A DNA stretch of 64,000 bases from a virus (taxonomy: Duplodnaviria; Heunggongvirae; Uroviricota; Caudoviricetes). Under the pieces are notes generated by a model. It ran no database searches and was not told the origin of the DNA. It worked only from the letters and a program-made list of their open reading frames with translations. The stretch lies in the IMG/VR virus record IMGVR_UViG_2541047860_000002, one strand, 5' to 3'. Position 1 is the stretch's first letter. Each line of letters begins with the position of its first letter. Of the stretch, positions 59,783 to 64,000 are shown one piece after another. Made by a program: the position numbers and the translations under genes.

Positions 59783-60357
59783 CAGAAAGCCTCCCAGTCA
59801 GTCGCGATAATATCCACACCAGTTGCAAACCAGTCTGTCTGCGCCTGTAAATCCCCATTCATCATTACCAGGCGAGGCATCACCATCACATCGCACCCTT
59901 CCACAATATCGAATGCCTCTTCCGGCAAGAATTCGAAGAGCTTTTCTTTGCTGCCAATGCTGCCACGGAACATCGATATATAGCTCCCTTTAGGCCATGA
60001 TGTCCGCCGGGCATCAAGCCCTTTCATCATCCAGTAAAAAGCCGAGGAAAAAGGGATATTCTTTTTGCCAATGATTACATTATTCGCTTCTGTGTACTTC
60101 AGGAACTTAACTAACCTTACCATTGACTCGGATAACGCAACGTATGGCTCATGATTGATTGCTGACACGCTTACACCGTGCAATCCAACGCTTACCACTG
60201 TCATATCGCCGCTCTGTGCGGTTTCGATATTGACGCCTTTGCGAACTAATGAGGCGTAAAGTTCCTCTCGCTTTTGGGTCCAGCGTTCCCGCTTCCCTAT
60301 GAAGTCACTCAAAATGAGATCTTCTTCTGCATATGCGTTATCGTTCGCCATTAACAT
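59782..60357 (-). CDS. Hypothetical protein
   Basis: 191-aa ORF. Confidence 0.35.
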   Translation of the reverse strand: MLMANDNAYAEEDLILSDFIGKRERWTQKREELYASLVRKGVNIETAQSGDMTVVSVGLHGVSVSAINHEPYVALSESMVRLVKFLKYTEANNVIIGKKNIPFSSAFYWMMKGLDARRTSWPKGSYISMFRGSIGSKEKLFEFLPEEAFDIVEGCDVMVMPRLVMMNGDLQAQTDWFATGVDIIATDWEAF

Positions 60358-60811
60358 AACGTCTCCTTTTTTACACGCGCGACTATCCCCCGGAAGTGCC
60401 GGTAGTGATGTCGTAAATTCGTATTAATTAAGGGGTACAGCCTGAGCGGCTATATGATGAATTGAAAGGAGTTGTGGCGGTGGTGCCTCCACCTGCCAGG
60501 TTAGCCACTCCTGGCGACGTCACTTATCAGAACGTAGTGAATAAAAATGGCTTCGTCACGAGCGCATAGCCGCAATTACCACAACGGAAACGGCGCTCAC
60601 GCTAATTAAACGCCTTTTCCTGTTGTGCGCCGTGCTCTTCCGGCTGTCACACCGAATCGCCAGGATGGTGAGTCCTCGGTCCGCCACTGTTATCGGGGCT
60701 TGCACATTCCGGCTACCTGGTCCGTTTGCCTGAGCAAGAGTCAAAGATACCCCTTTAACGTCACCAGACCGCTAACGACGCATGTGCCAGACGCCGTGTT
60801 ACAACCAAATA

Positions 60812-60887
60812 TGGTGGCCCCTACCGGACTTGAACCGGTGACCGTGCGATTATGAGTCGCCAGCTCTAACCACTGAGCTAAAGGGCC
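60812..60887 (-). tRNA. tRNA with CAU anticodon (Ile2 lysidine-type or Met; resembles enterobacterial ileX)
   Basis: Manual cloverleaf: acceptor GGCCCTT/AGGGGCC, D-arm GCTCAGTGGTTAGAGC, anticodon loop CTCATAA, T-arm ACCGG-TTCAAGT-CCGGT, 3' CCA. Confidence 0.7.
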
Positions 60888-61041
60888 AGATTACTGTTAA
60901 TTCCGCTTACGCTTTTTGCCAGGACCGCGTAAGGCTTTTGCTGCTTGCTCGACCCCATATGCAACCACCAGCAGAAATAAAAATGTCCACCAAGGGTTCT
61001 TGTCGGCAAACGTCCAAAATTCCATCATGTTATCTATTTGG

Positions 61042-61869
61042 TTATTTCACCGGAACAAACGGAACAGCGGTATTACTGGTCATATACTGCGGTAGCGTTC
61101 CGTTCCATTTGTTGATCGCTTCCAACTCCATAACGCCGGGGTTCTGGCGCAGAGCCTCACCGCGTAAACGAATGGCATCAGCTTCAGCCTGGGCTTTTGT
61201 GCGAATGGCATCGGCCTGTCCAGCAGCTTCTGCGCGCAGCATGTTGGCTTCTGCTTCGCGTTGCTTGACTTCCTGCTCGCGTTGCAGAGTTTTCTGGTTC
61301 GCCGTGACTTTGGCATTAATGCTGTCGATAACGGTTGGCGGGTACTCCGGCTTGCCCACATATGAGAGGCTCATTACCTGAATACCGATGGGCGTCATTT
61401 CTTCCTGAATGTCTTTAAGGGCTGCATCAAGCAATTCAGATTTGCCACCGTCGATAAATTTGTCGGTGGTCATTTTGCTGGCTAACCGGTTCAGAGCATC
61501 TGCAACCTTCTGGCGTAGATCGGTATCAGTAATATCATCTACACCTTTGCGATAGGTCTGAAATACCGTTGTGACTTTTGCTGGATCAACCTTGTAGGCT
61601 ACGCCGATGTGGTAACCAATGGTTGTTCCGTCGCTCATCTGGAAGCTGAACGGCTCATCGTATGTCTTCATTTGCTTAAAGGTCGGGAAGATATAAACTT
61701 CAGTATTCAAGCCTGTCCAGTAGCGACCAACGCCAACTACTTCACCGATACCTTTATCATCCCCCAGCTTATTTACTTTGATCCCTACGTTACCTGGCTC
61801 TACCCGATCGCATCCGGTCAGACATAAAGAACCAAAAATAATCGCTGCACTAATCAACGTTTTTTTCAT
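61042..61869 (-). CDS. SPFH/band-7 domain lipoprotein
   Basis: Signal peptide with lipobox LTGC; stomatin/prohibitin-like core and Ala/Glu-rich coiled-coil tail. Confidence 0.65.
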   Translation of the reverse strand: MKKTLISAAIIFGSLCLTGCDRVEPGNVGIKVNKLGDDKGIGEVVGVGRYWTGLNTEVYIFPTFKQMKTYDEPFSFQMSDGTTIGYHIGVAYKVDPAKVTTVFQTYRKGVDDITDTDLRQKVADALNRLASKMTTDKFIDGGKSELLDAALKDIQEEMTPIGIQVMSLSYVGKPEYPPTVIDSINAKVTANQKTLQREQEVKQREAEANMLRAEAAGQADAIRTKAQAEADAIRLRGEALRQNPGVMELEAINKWNGTLPQYMTSNTAVPFVPVK

Positions 61870-62086
61870 TAATCAATTTCCTGGTTTTTTCACGAAAAAA
61901 GACTACTGCAAAAGCCGGGTAAATGAGCGCGAGAAGGACTCCCAACAATACAAGTATTGTGCTGTCAGATGAGATCATATTTGGCAAAAGCCAAACATAC
62001 AGAACCAGTGACACAATCAAACAGAGGACGACATAAATATATAACCGCACCCATAGCGTTCGACATTTGTTCGGATTGTTCTGCAT
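61850..62086 (-). CDS. Small two-TM membrane protein, overlapping start of SPFH gene
   Basis: 78-aa ORF, two hydrophobic helices. Confidence 0.4.
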   Translation of the reverse strand: MQNNPNKCRTLWVRLYIYVVLCLIVSLVLYVWLLPNMISSDSTILVLLGVLLALIYPAFAVVFFREKTRKLINEKNVD

Positions 62087-62349
62087 CCTCTCACTCCATT
62101 ATTTACCGAATAAAAAAGCTGCGGTGCCTGGTGCCTCCAGGTGACGTTAACCAGTTAACAATTAACGCCGGGATGTTTGACTTAACCACTAAGGAGGATT
62201 GTTTTAACTGTTCCGCGTGCGCTTAGCCGCATTCACCGCAATGGTAAGAGCACTTGGCTGGCTGGGCGGCGATGACGCCTGTACGCATTTGGTGATCCGG
62301 TTCTGCTTCCGGCATTCGCTTAATTAGCCAAATACTCTTAACGTTGCAC

Positions 62350-62436
62350 TGGCGGAGAGTAATGGAATCGAACCATCATCGCTTGCGCAATGGGACGGTT
62401 TTCAAGACCGCTTGAGCACCATGCTCCCTACTCTCC
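62350..62436 (-). tRNA. tRNA-Ser(UGA)-like, type II (long variable arm), atypical D-arm
   Basis: Acceptor GGAGAGT/ACTCTCC, anticodon stem-loop GCGGT-CTTGAAA-ACCGT, T-loop TTCGATT, 3' GCCA. Confidence 0.4.
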
Positions 62437-62838
62437 AGTGATTGTGATGGTCGGTGCTGAACTCCGACACAGGGTTGTAGCAAGCCCCGCAAAGCGCGCA
62501 CTACTGTAGTTGCGGCACATCAGCCTGTGCATTCACCACAATGTTGAGAACACTGGTTGTCACGCTGCAACGCAACATTTATTCATAGATTGGGATATGA
62601 CCCCGTTACGCCAGTGTTCTCAACGTTGTGGTGCCGGTTACGGTTCCGGCCAGGCCTCTTCCTCAACGGGGTGTTCTCCATACGGACTACCGTTTATTGG
62701 TCGTTCCTGCGGTTTATGTTGTGAAGCCAGATGCTTATCTTCTGGTTGCTTCAAAGAGCTGCACTTCATCACAACGGTAAGAGCACTCGATGCATTTAAG
62801 CCAAGCCCCATAAGGGAGAATGCCCTTACCTGTTGTGT

Positions 62839-62914
62839 TGGTGCCGGTTAACGGACTCGAACCGCTGACATCCTGCTTACAAGGCAGGCGCTCTACCAAC
62901 TGAGCTAAACCGGC
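62839..62914 (-). tRNA. tRNA-Thr(UGU)
   Basis: Acceptor GCCGGTT/AACCGGC, D-arm GCTCAGTTGGTAGAGC, anticodon loop CTTGTAA, T-loop TTCGAGT, CCA. Confidence 0.8.
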
Positions 62915-62918
62915 AATT

Positions 62919-63005
62919 TGGTGGGGAGTGATGGAGTCGAACCACCCGAGTCGCAATGACAGTAGATTTACAGTCTACCCCGCTACCCCTACGGACTAAC
63001 TCCCC
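62919..63005 (-). tRNA. tRNA-Tyr(GUA), type II
   Basis: Acceptor GGGGAGT/ACTCCCC, anticodon stem-loop GTAGA-CTGTAAA-TCTAC, 15-nt variable arm, T-loop TTCGACT, CCA. Confidence 0.6.
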
Positions 63006-63010
63006 TAAAT

Positions 63011-63087
63011 TGGCGATGGTGGGTGGATTCGAACCACCGACCGACAGCTTAGAAGGCTGCTGCTCTATCCTACTGAGCTACACCATC
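63011..63087 (-). tRNA. tRNA-Arg(UCU)
   Basis: Acceptor GATGGTG/CACCATC, D-arm GCTCAGTAGGATAGAGC, anticodon loop CTTCTAA, T-arm GGTGG-TTCGAAT-CCACC, GCCA. Confidence 0.75.
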
Positions 63088-63547
63088 ACTTGCCGGGTAC
63101 GTCTCCGGCGAGGGCTTCCACCTCCGTATGCTTTTCGGCGCACCGCGCCCTGGCTGCAATTCGGTAACAGGGGATGCACAACCCTGGCTTCCAGCGTGAT
63201 TAGCGCCTTCAGCATGACGGGATATACCCGTAGTAGGATGTTATCCCAGAAAGCCATTAATCAATGGCTGTTACGCGGGAGGGACGTAACAGGTAAGGGC
63301 GCTGACCAGAAAGACCTGACCCTTCTCATTCATCTGGTTAATCACACCAGCGCCCTTGCCTGTTATGCCTCCCCGTTCCCTAATACACAGACGGGGACAC
63401 TCTGCGGTCGATTTTTTGACGGGGGACGACTCATACCCCGTGGCGTCTGGCTTCTTAGGCCGCTACCATCATCAGATCATCGTTTGCATTTACTTTAATG
63501 GTCGGTTTCTAAACCGCCGCAAAGTCGCTAACCATGACGAAAACCCT

Positions 63548-63571
63548 AAAAAAGCCCACCCGAAGATGGGC
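63548..63571 (-). terminator. Rho-independent terminator (minus strand)
   Basis: Minus strand reads GCCCATCTTCGGGTGGGC followed by TTTTTT. Confidence 0.5.
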
Positions 63572-64000
63572 AAATACGCTACATCTCACACAAGAAAGAA
63601 GCCGACTGCCTGAGCTGGATTCACTTTCAAATGCCCGCAGAAAGGGATCACAAGTCGGCTTCTTTCTTGATGCGGCACTCTCTCCGCCCGTCACCGCTCT
63701 GTCTCGGTTGTCGCGTTTGCCACGCCAGCCGTAACGAGGTTTAAAGTCTTTACACGTTTCCATCACTCGACTGCCGTCTGTGGCTGTTCGTTGCAGCGGG
63801 GGTGCCTCCCCCTGGGGATATCCCCGGCCTTACCCCATTCTTTCAAGACACAATGCAAGGCCACATCCGCATAGGTGCATTACCGCAACATTAAGGAGAC
63901 TCAGGGCAAAAGGTAACCGCCACAAAAATCCCTATGCCTCCTTAATGTTGAAGATGTGCATTGATGATTAGATGCAGCATGTACCGTTACTCTCTGCCGG

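Noticed and set aside
60360-60811. Possible additional tRNA or ncRNA in the 450-bp ORF-free region left of the CAU tRNA, and ORFs 60556..60744 / 60625..60855
   Set aside because: I could not fold a convincing cloverleaf or find a T-loop signature; the two ORFs overlap the tRNA gene and lack start context. Left uncalled pending tRNAscan-SE or Infernal.
62956-63498. 180-aa plus-strand ORF
   Set aside because: Its 5' part overlaps the tRNA-Tyr and tRNA-Arg genes and the remainder is tRNA-flanking non-coding DNA; no start context.

Overview
The window reads as a large part of a P1/D6-family plasmid-prophage (phage-plasmid) of an enterobacterium, not ordinary chromosome. Leftward-transcribed myovirus morphogenesis genes (tail fibre, baseplate, a 1260-aa Sit-like virion protein, tube, sheath, major capsid) occupy 1-17908 and are interrupted by an iteron-type Rep_3 replicon (9.4-10.8 kb). 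Then come a spanin-like pair, a PAAR-like protein, two adjacent partition cassettes (ParM/ParR and ParA/ParG), a host-like glnS, an rdgC - C5-methyltransferase - dam operon, more baseplate genes, a higB/higA module followed by an AT-rich membrane-protein gene, an antirepressor (immI-like) locus, a long rightward block of small accessory genes (Ser/Thr phosphatase, humD with a LexA box, phd/doc), dut, a Cre-family recombinase next to a 32-bp site identical to the D6 rox site as I remember it, pacA/pacB terminase, and five tRNA genes. All calls come from reading the translations and DNA by eye; no searches were run, so family names are homology judgements from memory. The candidates most worth follow-up are the higBA-adjacent AT-rich membrane protein locus, a 15-nt motif dispersed at operon starts that looks like a repressor operator network, the embedded glnS plus tRNA cargo, and a structured leader upstream of the antirepressor operon.
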